Positions 9,953-19,399 of a DNA stretch of 64,000 bases are shown in pieces. The DNA comes from Caldisericia bacterium. Its GTDB lineage: Bacteria; Caldisericota; Caldisericia; JAAYUI01. Both the position numbers and the translations under genes were made by a program. The stretch covers positions 21,180 through 85,179 of the forward strand of contig JAGOOK010000002.1 in assembly GCA_017992555.1 (NCBI GenBank). Direction: 5' to 3'. Within the stretch, counting starts at the first letter, position 1, and every line of letters begins with the position of its first letter. Under the pieces are notes generated by a model, which saw only the letters and a program-made list of their open reading frames with translations, searched no databases and was not told the origin of the DNA.

Positions 9953-11734
9953 ATGGATACCCGCTATTACAAAGGAGACCAGAACCTTTCGTGGGACGCT
10001 CTTCTTGTGGCAAAGGCACTGCTTGATCTGGCTGGCAGTGCGACATTCTTTATACAAGATGAAAAGCTTGGAACAGCCGATTACAAACTGGAGTATGACA
10101 GTAAATTTGCCCTCACGACAGACTATTGCGGAAAGCTTACGGGTGCCGTGTGGATCCACCAGGATACGTCTTCAGGCCCGTTTTATGCCTTGCCTGTGGA
10201 GCCTTATATTTATAAAAGGTTTGGGTTTTCACTCAAAAGGGTGGCTGATTCATACGAAAGAGTCGCACAACTCTTTGAAATGGAAAAGGATCTTGGCGAT
10301 CTCGGCATCAATTTGAGGCCTGGCCAGATATTGAGAGGCCTTACTGAAGGCGAAAGATATGTAGGCATTGTGCCAACAACGCATGATGAAAAATCCATAT
10401 CATCTTACAGACTCGCTGATGATGGTCTCCTGGAGAAATATTATTTTATGTTCCTTGCCTGTTACAGAGGCGCCATTCAGTCAATCCCTAAGGAGAAGTG
10501 GTCAGATGTGAGGGCAAGGGCGAAAAAAATACTTGGCATTACAAAAGATCTTCTTTCATCAAAACCAGAAGCCACAATCTCGGATTTGCAAGAGACCTTC
10601 TGGAGGTTTGGCTTTTCAGAGTTTTTCAATGTTGCTCCGCCTAAGATAATGAGGGCATCAGAGGTTTTTGATGTAAAGGGCGATATAAACCATATCGTGC
10701 TCCTCACTCTTCTAAGAAACACAGAAGCGTTTGTTGAAAGCTACAACGAGGCACTCAACAAGACCCATCTTCCCCTGAAAAGGCTCAAGCTCAGGGATGG
10801 TGTAATGGAGCTCCCCTATTACATTGAGTGCGAATACGAGGGACGTCTTGTCAGATGGCACATCAGGGCGCATTTCGGTGAGAAACTTATCCTGAAAATG
10901 ACTTATCGCAATGCTGAGCCAAAAATAATGACCATTTCAAATCCTCCTTCATTTGATGAGCTCAAAAATGGCCTCGTTGGACTTTTTGGTTGCCACACCC
11001 TCATTGGCAAGGCTGGCCCGCTTCTTGCTGAATTGAGTAGGCCACCAAAAATTATTTCTCTACCTGAACAGGGCTCGAAGTATGCTCCGATGGTAGGCTA
11101 TCTCACGAGGGGTTTGCAGTTAAGGGGTATAAATTATCCCGACGGGGAATTTATGAGGATAGGATTGCGTGCAATTGACACAATGGAGCTCCTTGGTGAT
11201 GAAGAGATTTTTCTCCCGCCATTTTTGAGGGCGTTTTGGGGAGAGGCAAGAACTGCTTCCTGGATTGCCAGACACTGGAAAGAGGAGGCAACGGCGGCAA
11301 AAGAGATGCTTGAGAGCCTCCACCTTGACGAAGGGCAATTGCTTACGCTGGCAAAATATGCCATTTATGAATACGAAGATACCTTGCCGAATCCTGTTAC
11401 GCCAAAGATGATGAAATTGGGTAATGTAGCCGGGATATCAAAACCCCTTACAGCGCGAACATATATAAAGCTGAAAGAGTTGATTGAAACAAGGGAAGTC
11501 CTCCTCGCCGAACGCAGAGAAAAAATGGCAGATTTTCAAAAAAATGGAGAACTCCTTGATGTTGAAATGGCAATAAAGCTTGTATCAGTTGGCATCTTGA
11601 AAAGGTTTGAGCAACTGACCTCGCTTTTCTATGTAAACAACAGGCCGTATGCAATCAGTTTCTATCTGGCATTCGGTCCGGAAATCCTAAACAGGATTGC
11701 ACAGGACGCCATAACCAGGAGGGAGCCATGCTAA
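9953..11734 (+). CDS. hypothetical 593-aa cytoplasmic protein
   Basis: This long ORF has coding-like composition, no motif I recognise, and overlaps the following lipoprotein gene by 7 nt. Confidence 0.5.
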   Translation: MDTRYYKGDQNLSWDALLVAKALLDLAGSATFFIQDEKLGTADYKLEYDSKFALTTDYCGKLTGAVWIHQDTSSGPFYALPVEPYIYKRFGFSLKRVADSYERVAQLFEMEKDLGDLGINLRPGQILRGLTEGERYVGIVPTTHDEKSISSYRLADDGLLEKYYFMFLACYRGAIQSIPKEKWSDVRARAKKILGITKDLLSSKPEATISDLQETFWRFGFSEFFNVAPPKIMRASEVFDVKGDINHIVLLTLLRNTEAFVESYNEALNKTHLPLKRLKLRDGVMELPYYIECEYEGRLVRWHIRAHFGEKLILKMTYRNAEPKIMTISNPPSFDELKNGLVGLFGCHTLIGKAGPLLAELSRPPKIISLPEQGSKYAPMVGYLTRGLQLRGINYPDGEFMRIGLRAIDTMELLGDEEIFLPPFLRAFWGEARTASWIARHWKEEATAAKEMLESLHLDEGQLLTLAKYAIYEYEDTLPNPVTPKMMKLGNVAGISKPLTARTYIKLKELIETREVLLAERREKMADFQKNGELLDVEMAIKLVSVGILKRFEQLTSLFYVNNRPYAISFYLAFGPEILNRIAQDAITRREPC

Positions 11735-12180
11735 AAAAACGTTTATTTTTCTTTTTGCTTGCCGCCACTTTCGTTGTTGCAGGATGTGGCCAACCAAGCC
11801 TCAAGCTTGTAAAGGCCGAGTTTGCAGAGTCGGTGAAGGGGCTGAATGATTACGTGGCCGCGAAAAAGACAACCTTCAAATCCGGGGAGACCCTCAATGT
11901 CTACGTCCAGGTCCAGGGGTTCCAGTCCAATTCGGATGGAGACAAGTTCACAAGCTGGCCTATGGAAACCATCAAGGTCAGGGACAACAAAGGCAAATTG
12001 ATTTTCACCCAAAAAGTATTTTCCGACATGAAAACGTACGATGAAAAACAAACAGAGTTTGCTCTTCCATTCCAGGTCACGCTCACCGGTGAAAAAGGCC
12101 CGTATCGAATCGAGGGCATTGTAGAGGACGGAATAACCGGAGAGAGACTCACGTTTGAGCTTGGTCTGACGCTTGAGTAG
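11728..12180 (+). CDS. hypothetical lipoprotein
   Basis: A signal peptide with lipobox VVAGCG is present, and the gene is translationally coupled to the upstream gene. Confidence 0.6.
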   Translation: MLKKRLFFFLLAATFVVAGCGQPSLKLVKAEFAESVKGLNDYVAAKKTTFKSGETLNVYVQVQGFQSNSDGDKFTSWPMETIKVRDNKGKLIFTQKVFSDMKTYDEKQTEFALPFQVTLTGEKGPYRIEGIVEDGITGERLTFELGLTLE

Positions 12181-12481
12181 AGTTGAAAGGCCAATCATGA
12201 AAAATGGTGATGGCCTCACCTCAATACCAGGTGTTGGCAAAAGCATCGCAGGAGATTTGATTGAGCTTGGAATAAACAGAGTGTCCGATTTGAAGAATCG
12301 CGACCCGCAGGAGCTCTATGATCTGCTTTGTGCTAGAAAAGGCCATCAGGACAGGTGCCTGTTGTATGTTTTCAGGTGTGCCGTATATTTTGCCAGCAAT
12401 ACCAGCCACGAGCCAGAGCTCTTGAAGTGGTGGAACTGGAAGGATGTGGTTGGATCGAAAGATGTAAAGAGGGCCAAATGA
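12173..12481 (+). CDS. helix-hairpin-helix DNA-binding domain protein
   Basis: The HhH motif LTSIPGVGKSIAGDLIELG is present. Confidence 0.55.
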   Translation: MSRVERPIMKNGDGLTSIPGVGKSIAGDLIELGINRVSDLKNRDPQELYDLLCARKGHQDRCLLYVFRCAVYFASNTSHEPELLKWWNWKDVVGSKDVKRAK

Positions 12482-12831
12482 AAGATTGTTTTATCTACGT
12501 CGAGTGGTACGTTACAAACATTGAAAAAGCTGTTAATTTCTACAAGGGAATGTTTAACTGGAAATTTGAGAAATCCACCGACGATTACATGATGTTTGAA
12601 ATGCCAAATGGAGAGAGTGGTGGAATCACGGAGGTTGAAAAAGTCAACCCTGGCAATTCTCCAGCTTTCTACATTCATGCTGACCACATAGAAAACTATC
12701 TCGAAAAGGCTCCTAGCCTTGGTGGATCTGTTACAACCGGAAAAACTGAACTGCCTGGAATGGGTTTTTACGCTTTTCTTGCTGACCCTGATGGTAATAA
12801 AATAGGTCTTTACGAAGACTTAAAACAGTAA
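12478..12831 (+). CDS. VOC-family protein (glyoxalase/bleomycin-resistance fold)
   Basis: The ATG at 12478 overlaps the upstream stop as ATGA, and the pattern ...YKGMFNWKF...GFYAFLADPDGNKIGLYE is typical of VOC proteins. Confidence 0.7.
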   Translation: MKDCFIYVEWYVTNIEKAVNFYKGMFNWKFEKSTDDYMMFEMPNGESGGITEVEKVNPGNSPAFYIHADHIENYLEKAPSLGGSVTTGKTELPGMGFYAFLADPDGNKIGLYEDLKQ

Positions 12832-12935
12832 TAAGATAGTTGCCAACGACCTTGTTGGGGAATGACAAAGAACGATTATTATTTTTAAATAAATTTTTGC
12901 AACGAAAACATTTTTTGTGTGTCCAAGGAGTTGCC

Positions 12936-13427
12936 ATGGGTAAGAAAATTTTGGTGTGTTATGCAACGAGGTGTGGTTCAACTGGTGAAGTTGCTGAAAG
13001 AATTGCCAGCATCATCGAGTCTGACGGCCACACTGTTGATGTGTCACAAGTCAAAAGAAATATCGATATTGACGATTACGATGCTGTGGTTGTCGGGAGC
13101 GCAATAAGGATTGGAAAATGTCTTGGTGAGGCAGTAGAATTTGTAAAGCAAAGAAAACCTGATCTGCAAAAGAAAAAACTTTTTTATTTCGGCGTTTGTT
13201 TGATGATTACCATGCCAGATAAATTACAGGAAGTTCAGACATATCTTGATTCCATGATTGCCGAGTGCGAACCAGTTGCCAATGAAATATTTGCAGGCAA
13301 GGTAGATTTTAGCAAACTTTCATTTCCTATAAGGTTGCTCATGAAGCAAATGAAGACCCCAGAAGGTGATTTTGTAGAGTGGCAAAAAGTCGAATCTTGG
13401 GCCAAAATGATATCAAAAAGTATCTAA
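12936..13427 (+). CDS. flavodoxin-like protein
   Basis: An AAGGAG ribosome-binding site lies 6 nt before the ATG, and the N-terminus KILVCYATRCGSTGEVAE is a flavodoxin FMN-binding loop. Confidence 0.7.
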   Translation: MGKKILVCYATRCGSTGEVAERIASIIESDGHTVDVSQVKRNIDIDDYDAVVVGSAIRIGKCLGEAVEFVKQRKPDLQKKKLFYFGVCLMITMPDKLQEVQTYLDSMIAECEPVANEIFAGKVDFSKLSFPIRLLMKQMKTPEGDFVEWQKVESWAKMISKSI

Positions 13428-13958
13428 TATCATTTAATATATTGTTATCTAATGTAATAATAAAATTTATACATTTAGAGGCATATTAAATTATTAATTA
13501 AGCATATTTGTTAATAAAACGGCTATTTGATATATGTTAGTAATCTTAAAAATACAAAAATAGAATTATGTCATTTTTAATAGACTTATTATCTCTTATT
13601 GAATCAAAAAATGATATTTATATCTAAATAGTAATATGTTAGATATTAATTATATAAAGCACAATTTATAGTTATAAGAATTGATTAAGTTGTATTCAAG
13701 TTGTTTATTGGTTATGTTTTTGTTCCTATGCTACTGATTTGGGAATCTTTTTATAGCGTATGGCTTATAAAATACCTGGCACAGTTATTTCAAATTAATC
13801 TCAATAATAAAATATGTTGCATTTTACAATGTTTGTCGTCTTAACCTTGAAAGTTGACTCGCAATTGAAATGGTTTAAAATTTTTAAGCTGTTATAAATG
13901 CAAGGCAGAGCTAGGGCAGCCTCTAACAAAATCCAAACCAAAGCCCCCAGGAGGAGCA
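13428..13958. promoter_or_regulatory. extremely AT-rich 530-bp intergenic region upstream of the Ca-ATPase gene
   Basis: Composition is far below the window average, there is no ORF, and a GGAGGA ribosome-binding site lies at its 3' end before the GTG start. Confidence 0.4.
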
Positions 13959-16541
13959 GTGTCTTACATAGACATAACTAAGTTAAGAGGACTTTCACAG
14001 GAAGAGGCCGTAAAAAGATTGGCAACTGACGGACCAAATGAGTTACCATCTTCCAAAAGACGCAGTATTTTTCTCATTGTCTTTGAAGTTGTCAAGGAAC
14101 CAATGTTTCTTCTTCTTGTCTCTTGTGGGACCATATATCTTCTTCTTGGCGATCTCCAGGAAGCCATCATGCTTCTTTTCTTTGTGTTTGTTGTTATGGG
14201 AATAACAATTTTTCAGGAAAAGAAGACTGAGAGGGCGCTTGAGGCCCTTCGTGATCTTTCCAGCCCCAGGGCGCTCGTAATAAGGGGTGGCGCACAGCAA
14301 AGAATCGCAGGAAGAGATGTGGTAAGGGGTGATTTCCTCATTCTCCAGGAGGGCGACAGGATCCCAGCAGACTGCATTTTAATATCGTGCATAAACCTAA
14401 CTGTCGACGAATCGCTCTTGACTGGTGAATCAGTCCCTGTGAGAAAAACAAATTGCGATAATGAAGACGAGCCAATGGGTAAACCCGGCGGTGACGATCA
14501 GCCTTATGTTTTCTCTGGTACACTTGTTGTTTCAGGTCAGGGAGTGGCAATCACAAAGTCAACGGGTTCCAACACTGAAATAGGAAAAATTGGCAAGGCA
14601 TTGCAGAAGCTTGACAAGAATGATGACACAAGACTCCAGCACGAAATCTCAAGACTGGTCAGGAATGTTGCCTTCTTTGGCTTGGCCCTCTGTGTTGTTG
14701 TTTTTGCAATGTATGGGTTCACAAAAACTGACTGGCTTGGAGGACTCCTCGCTGGATTGACACTTGCCATGGCAGTGTTGCCGGAAGAATTTCCGGTGGT
14801 TTTGACAATATTCATGGCCCTGGGTGCATGGAGGATGTCAAAAAAAGACGTTCTCACAAGGAAGATGCCAGCAATAGAGACCCTTGGATCAGCAACCGTC
14901 TTGTGTGTTGACAAAACAGGGACATTGACACAGAACAAGATGACCGTTGTTGAGCTTATGACTGGTGGGAAGATCATTGGCCTCAAGGGCGATGAAAAGG
15001 AATTGCCCGAGGATTTCCACAGCCTTGCGGAATTTGCTGTCCTGGCCTCCGAAAAAAACCCTTACGAGCCAATGGACAGGGCGATCCGTGAACTTGGTGC
15101 AAAACATCTTGGTGGAACAGAACACCTCCATGATGATTGGGAATTTGTCCAGGAATACCCACTTTCGAAGGAACTATTTGCCATTTCCCAGGTGTGGAAA
15201 TCCACAAAAGGCGGGGGTTATGTTATTGCTGCAAAGGGTGCTCCCGAGGCCATTGCTGATTTGTGCCACCTGGACAAGCAGGCAGTTGAAGATATAAGCT
15301 CCCAAGTTTTCAAAATGGCCTCAGAAGGCCTGCGCGTTCTTGGTGTTGCAAGGGCCCATTTTGTGGAGTCCGGTTTGCCAAAAGTACAGCATGGTTTTGA
15401 TTTTGAATTCCTTGGGCTTGTTGGTTTCTTTGATCCTGTCAGGGAGAGTGTGCCCCAGTCAATCAAGGAATGCTATGAGGCAGGCATAAGGGTTGTAATG
15501 ATCACTGGTGACTATCCAGTAACTGCGTGCAAAATTGCAAGATCGATTGGCCTTGAAAATTCTGGTGAATATATCACTGGTCATGAACTTGACGAGATGT
15601 CCGATGAAGCATTGAACGAAAGAATTGGCAAGGTCAATGTTTTTGCTAGGGTTGTTCCAGAGCAAAAATTGAAGCTTGTCCAGGCGCTTAAAGCCAAAGG
15701 CGAGATCGTCGCAATGACGGGTGATGGTGTTAATGATGCTCCAGCCTTAAAAGCCGCAGACATTGGCGTTGCAATGGGTGGAAGGGGCACCGATGTCGCA
15801 AGAGAGGCGTCATCATTGGTGCTTTTAAAGGATGATTTTTCGTCGATCGTCGACTCTGTGAGAATGGGGCGAAGGATATACGAGAATATACAGAAGGCCC
15901 TTGCATACATAGTTGCAATACATGTTCCGATAGCTGGCATATCATTACTTCCAGTGCTTTTGAAATGGCCGACACTTTTTACACCAATGCATATCGTGTT
16001 CATGGAGCTTGTAATTGATCCAGCCTGTTCGATTGTTTTTGAGGCTGAACAGGGGGAAAAGAATTCCATGAAAAGACCACCAAGAAATCCAAATGCACCA
16101 CTTTTTGGAACGGGTGTTTTCATGCTTAGTGCGTTCCAGGGTGTTGGTGTTCTTCTGGTTATCTTGCTGGTCAATTTTGTCGCCCTGAGGATGGGGGGGG
16201 AAATGGAAGCAAGAACTCTCACTTTCACAACGCTTGTTGTCTCCAACCTTGCCCTTATTTTGGTCAACAGATCGTGGAACAAGGCCGCTTTTGAGATAGT
16301 AAAATCAAAAAACCAGGCTTTCTGGTGGGTATTCTTTGGGGCCATCGTCTTCTTGGGTCTTGTCCTTTACGTTCCGTTCCTTCAAAACCTCTTCAAATTT
16401 ACTACACTTCACGCCAGCGATATTTTGATCTGCTTTTGCGCTGGACTCCTGAGCGTTGTTTGGTTTGAAGTGTTTAAAAAGCTTCGGACCAGGAAAAGAA
16501 AGCTTGATGCCAAAGATAACAAAACTGGAGCAGTTCAATGA
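13959..16541 (+). CDS. calcium-translocating P-type ATPase (PMCA/SERCA-like, P2)
   Basis: It starts at GTG with GGAGGA upstream and carries the motifs CVDKTGTLT, MITGD and TGDGVNDAPALK, with a 10-TM architecture. Confidence 0.85.
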   Translation: MSYIDITKLRGLSQEEAVKRLATDGPNELPSSKRRSIFLIVFEVVKEPMFLLLVSCGTIYLLLGDLQEAIMLLFFVFVVMGITIFQEKKTERALEALRDLSSPRALVIRGGAQQRIAGRDVVRGDFLILQEGDRIPADCILISCINLTVDESLLTGESVPVRKTNCDNEDEPMGKPGGDDQPYVFSGTLVVSGQGVAITKSTGSNTEIGKIGKALQKLDKNDDTRLQHEISRLVRNVAFFGLALCVVVFAMYGFTKTDWLGGLLAGLTLAMAVLPEEFPVVLTIFMALGAWRMSKKDVLTRKMPAIETLGSATVLCVDKTGTLTQNKMTVVELMTGGKIIGLKGDEKELPEDFHSLAEFAVLASEKNPYEPMDRAIRELGAKHLGGTEHLHDDWEFVQEYPLSKELFAISQVWKSTKGGGYVIAAKGAPEAIADLCHLDKQAVEDISSQVFKMASEGLRVLGVARAHFVESGLPKVQHGFDFEFLGLVGFFDPVRESVPQSIKECYEAGIRVVMITGDYPVTACKIARSIGLENSGEYITGHELDEMSDEALNERIGKVNVFARVVPEQKLKLVQALKAKGEIVAMTGDGVNDAPALKAADIGVAMGGRGTDVAREASSLVLLKDDFSSIVDSVRMGRRIYENIQKALAYIVAIHVPIAGISLLPVLLKWPTLFTPMHIVFMELVIDPACSIVFEAEQGEKNSMKRPPRNPNAPLFGTGVFMLSAFQGVGVLLVILLVNFVALRMGGEMEARTLTFTTLVVSNLALILVNRSWNKAAFEIVKSKNQAFWWVFFGAIVFLGLVLYVPFLQNLFKFTTLHASDILICFCAGLLSVVWFEVFKKLRTRKRKLDAKDNKTGAVQ

Positions 16542-17058
16542 GGATGATTTAAACAGTGTCTTGGTGGGTTATACTTCTACCAGAAAGTACACGATTGAAA
16601 AAACGGAGACAAAAAACCAGATAACATTTAGACTTGATCTGGTCCCACTCGAAAGAGTTTATGTAAAAAAGTGGTTTTTGACCAATGAGGTTGATCATTA
16701 CAGGAGGATAGTGCCAACAGGATACTCCATTGGTGCGTATGTCGATGGCAAGATTGTTGGAATGGCTATTGCTGAGAATCTTGACTGGAACAAAAGTTTG
16801 TTTATTTGGGAGTTCCATGTCAAGGAGGGCCATAGAAGACAAAGGATTGGCACTCGCATGATGATGGAGCTTGAGAAAGAAGCAAGACAGGCAAATCTGA
16901 GGATCATGGTTTGCGAGGCACAAAATACAAATGCGGATGCAATTGATTTTTACAAACATTGCGGATTCTCAGTCGAGGGCATAGACCTTCACTACTACGA
17001 TGACCTTGATTCACGTAACGAGTTTGCCATCTACATGAAAAAAATCATAGGTGAGTAA
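16507..17058 (+). CDS. GNAT-family N-acetyltransferase
   Basis: The acetyl-CoA-binding motif RRQRIGTRMM is present. The start at MPKITK overlaps the ATPase 3' end. Confidence 0.75.
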   Translation: MPKITKLEQFNEDDLNSVLVGYTSTRKYTIEKTETKNQITFRLDLVPLERVYVKKWFLTNEVDHYRRIVPTGYSIGAYVDGKIVGMAIAENLDWNKSLFIWEFHVKEGHRRQRIGTRMMMELEKEARQANLRIMVCEAQNTNADAIDFYKHCGFSVEGIDLHYYDDLDSRNEFAIYMKKIIGE

Positions 17059-17180
17059 AACTGGGTCGGCATTTCATGGATAGAGTGGTTGCAAAGCGAA
17101 TAATTTTTGGACCATGCACTTGGGCATACACGGGGTGTTTATATTTTCTCAGAAACAAGTTATCATTTTACTGGTGAAAC

Positions 17181-17531
17181 ATGGAAGAAAACTTTCTTGG
17201 TGAATTCGAGCTTTCTTTAAAAGTGAACGACCTTGTGAGGTCAATGGATTTCTACCACAAACTTGGTTTTGAGAGGGTAGATGGAGAACCTGCAAAAGGG
17301 TGGGCTGTTCTCCGCTGCGGTGATCTAAGACTTGGCCTCTACCAGGGTCATCTTGAAACAAACCTCATGTCTTTCTTGGGTGGCAATGTCAAATCTATTG
17401 CACAGGATCTCAAATCAAAAAAAATTGAGATGTTTTCTGATGCCACACAGGAAAAAGACGGCAGTATGGGTGCAAAACTTGTCGACCCTGATGGAAACAT
17501 CATCTATTTCAACAGCTTTACAGACGAATAA
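17181..17531 (+). CDS. VOC-family protein
   Basis: It is 116 aa, and the glyoxalase-like pattern ends ...LVDPDGNIIYF. Confidence 0.65.
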   Translation: MEENFLGEFELSLKVNDLVRSMDFYHKLGFERVDGEPAKGWAVLRCGDLRLGLYQGHLETNLMSFLGGNVKSIAQDLKSKKIEMFSDATQEKDGSMGAKLVDPDGNIIYFNSFTDE

Positions 17532-17542
17532 ATGAGGTTACC

Positions 17543-18052
17543 ATGCCTAATTTTATTGAGAAATGCAGGATTTACGGCGCCAACAGAGTAGAAGTATCGA
17601 AAATCGCAAAATCACCGGCCGACTGGGAAAAACTTTGGCGTGAGCCTGAGTTTGGTTTCCCATTTAGATGGGGATCATGCTGGAAGCAGTGTTGCGAGTA
17701 TTTTGTATCCGATTTTGAGGCCGAGGTCGGGTTTTTTACAGATGTTCTTGGTTTTGAGTGCAATGCCTTGAGTCAGGATTATGCAATGTTCACCAGCCCT
17801 GCAAGGGATTTTTTTATTGCCTTCTATAGGGCAGAACCTGATGGGGCAACAGCACCTGGAGCCATAAAGATCGCTTTTATGATTGAAGATATTGACCAGA
17901 CTGTTAAAAAACTGAAAGACAGAGGTGTTGAATTTATAGATGATCCCCAAAGTGTTGCTGAAGATTCACCGCTTGCAAAGGCATCTTTTGCAACACCAAA
18001 CATGATAGAATGCATCCTTTGGGGCTTCTTAGAGGAGAAAGATGTCTGCTGA
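17543..18052 (+). CDS. VOC/glyoxalase-like domain protein
   Basis: It is 169 aa with a VOC-like beta-alpha-beta-beta-beta unit, and it overlaps the next gene by 11 nt. Confidence 0.5.
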   Translation: MPNFIEKCRIYGANRVEVSKIAKSPADWEKLWREPEFGFPFRWGSCWKQCCEYFVSDFEAEVGFFTDVLGFECNALSQDYAMFTSPARDFFIAFYRAEPDGATAPGAIKIAFMIEDIDQTVKKLKDRGVEFIDDPQSVAEDSPLAKASFATPNMIECILWGFLEEKDVC

Positions 18053-18605
18053 AAACAACAACGTACCAATGCACTATGTGACCACTCATGGTGAGGCCAG
18101 AGAAATTGCCAAGGGCAAGAAACATTACTGGGTTTCCGATTGTGGATGCAGAAAGGGTAACGAGAGTGGGTGCAAGAGATCGCCAGTTGACGTTTGCCTT
18201 TGCTGGGCAGGTCCTTATGGCTCTACTGAAGAGAATGTCAGAGAGTTAAACGAAAAAGAGCTTGAGAAACTCTTTAAACTGGCTGAAGAAAAGCACCTTG
18301 TCACAAGACCATTCAGGAAATGGGACCCGGAAACAAAATCTGTCATTGATGAAACTGATGGTGTTTGTTTTTGCTGTGATTGTTGCTGCGCATATTTTAT
18401 CGAGCCAGGCGAGGCTTGTGACAAGGGACCATCAATAGAAAAGACAGACAAGGATTCATGCACGGATTGTGGTGCATGTGTCGACGTTTGCTATTTTAAA
18501 GCCAGAAAAATGGAGAACGGAAAGCTTGAAATAGTAAGCGACAATTGCTATGGGTGTGGTTTGTGCGCTGATGTTTGTTCTTGCATAACCATGGCCAAGA
18601 GGTAA
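18042..18605 (+). CDS. Cys-rich iron-sulfur (2x4Fe-4S ferredoxin-motif) protein
   Basis: Two ferredoxin-type motifs (CTDCGACVDVC and CYGCGLCADVC) are present together with an extra CFCCDCCC cluster. Confidence 0.6.
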   Translation: MSAENNNVPMHYVTTHGEAREIAKGKKHYWVSDCGCRKGNESGCKRSPVDVCLCWAGPYGSTEENVRELNEKELEKLFKLAEEKHLVTRPFRKWDPETKSVIDETDGVCFCCDCCCAYFIEPGEACDKGPSIEKTDKDSCTDCGACVDVCYFKARKMENGKLEIVSDNCYGCGLCADVCSCITMAKR

Positions 18606-18879
18606 TCTATCTGGCAATCATATTCAAGAAACTCTCTAAAATGCGTTGTTTTTTGTAAAAAAGTTTTTGGTTAAATTGTCTCGAAAGCATTGGTTGACAA
18701 AGTCATCCGGAATGTTAAATTGGTATTGCTCCAAGAAGGAGCAGAAGGAGAATTCAAAATTATGGACGGTAGCAACAGTAACAACCCAAACCCGTTGCCT
18801 AGTGGCAAACAACCGCCCATAAGCTCCAAGTAGGTGTTTTTGCGCGCCCCTTGGTGCCTATGGGCAAAGGAGGCGCAGC

Positions 18880-19317
18880 ATGAAAGAAATCATCACCACA
18901 AATCGCAGGGTAACAAACCCGATCCTTTCAGTTATTTTTGGAAGGACTGCATTCCACAACAAAACTAAAGGCAACGCTTTTCTTGTGCTTTGGGATGAAA
19001 AGGAAGCAAAAAGACTCCAGGGAGAGCTTTCCATGAATGGCTGGAATGTCAGGCTGGAAACTAAAGACAGCTTCAGGGCCTACAGCAACATCAAGAGCAC
19101 ACAGCCGGACGTTGTGGTAATTGACTCCAGGGACAGCGAGCACTCATTCAATGAACTCGCAGGAGCACTCCGCTCAATCAAGGCAACTAGGCAAACGCCA
19201 ATTGTTGCGATGAATTGCGGCGATGAGGCAAAGAGCCATTTTGCCGATGCTCATTCGACAAGCGAAGGAATTTTGGAGACCATCTCCAGGTTTCAGAGAC
19301 AAGATCTGAACCAATAA
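18880..19317 (+). CDS. stand-alone CheY-like receiver-domain protein (atypical acidic pocket)
   Basis: The topology FLVLWDE...DVVVIDSRD...TPIVAM matches the receiver fold, but with non-canonical residues. Confidence 0.35.
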   Translation: MKEIITTNRRVTNPILSVIFGRTAFHNKTKGNAFLVLWDEKEAKRLQGELSMNGWNVRLETKDSFRAYSNIKSTQPDVVVIDSRDSEHSFNELAGALRSIKATRQTPIVAMNCGDEAKSHFADAHSTSEGILETISRFQRQDLNQ

Positions 19318-19399
19318 AAACTCCAAACACAATCTGATCCAACGGTTTTGGCCTTGGTGCAAACCAGGGCCAAATATTTGTCATACCTGTGAGGTCAAG

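Noticed and set aside
12832-12935. Inverted repeat CCAACgaccttGTTGG upstream of the flavodoxin gene as an operator
   Set aside because: It is a short 5-bp stem, is common by chance and is not repeated elsewhere in the window.
19318-19399. Possible M-box (ykoK) Mg2+ riboswitch in the mgtA leader
   Set aside because: I read through 18606..19399 and found no match to the M-box conserved core. The leader before the ATG is only 82 nt.
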